DNA from: Lepidodermella squamata
Lineage: Eukaryota > Animalia > Gastrotricha
DNA: 64,000 nt
Assembly: GCA_047495785.1 (NCBI GenBank)
Contig: JBLDXI010000042.1
Location: 3,906,001-3,970,000 of the forward strand
Direction of reading: 5' to 3'
The notes under the pieces are model-generated. The model did not search any database, was not told the origin of the DNA, and saw nothing but the letters and a program-made list of their open reading frames with translations. The translations under genes and the position numbers were made by a program. Positions 63,773 to 64,000 of the stretch are shown one piece after another. Within the stretch, counting starts at the first letter, position 1. Each line of letters starts with the position of its first letter.

Positions 63773-64000
63773 ATCAATAAGGGTGCAGAATACAAAAGCT
63801 CAATTAATCCTCAACAGGACAGCACTGCCAACTAGCCTTCCATTTCCATTCATTTTGGTTTCTACTTCTACCTTAACTCTATCAATAACGACAAATAATG
63901 ATCCACCCACATATGAAACAAAGAAAAGAGAATACAAGTAGCATCGGTTTTGATTTCGAGAAGGGTCAATGTTGGAATTGAATAGCTCATTGCATTCGCT

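Noticed and set aside
1-64000. Alternative genetic code or non-canonical introns
   Set aside because: All reconstructed genes use the standard code and GT-AG introns; the only in-frame TGA found is explained by selenocysteine.

Overview
This is compact, AT-rich metazoan (invertebrate) nuclear DNA with short GT-AG introns of about 50 bp; it is not prokaryotic. Genes in order: PAN3 (-), UBXN10-like (+), mitochondrial 2-oxoglutarate/malate carrier (+), Dlg1 (+), two U5 snRNA genes (-) flanking an orphan 73-aa ORF, Axin (-), a 5'-truncated LINE, NDUFB6 (+), MITE-like elements, two tandem secreted PAN/C-type-lectin/kringle mosaic genes (+), BRCC36 (-), LRCH (-), COX19 (-), MsrA (-), a TPPP/p25-like gene (+), a METTL7-like methyltransferase (-), an atypical kinase (-) and a P-loop ATPase (-). 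Highlights: (1) MsrA has an in-frame TGA at the catalytic Cys position, in an exon the ORF track misses, plus a textbook SECIS hairpin in its 3' UTR, so it is very likely a selenoprotein. (2) MsrA-COX19-LRCH-BRCC36 and UBXN10-SLC25A11 show operon-like spacing, with unpaired splice acceptors just after poly(A) signals, suggesting polycistronic transcription and SL trans-splicing. (3) The lectin genes appear to contain a C-type lectin domain split by about 400 aa of nested PAN-PAN-CTL-kringle domains. (4) Both U5 snRNAs have a variant Sm site and an octamer palindrome at the PSE position. (5) The kinase and ATPase at the right end look non-metazoan and are horizontal-transfer candidates. Exon coordinates were read by hand, and family assignments come from recalled motifs, not database searches.
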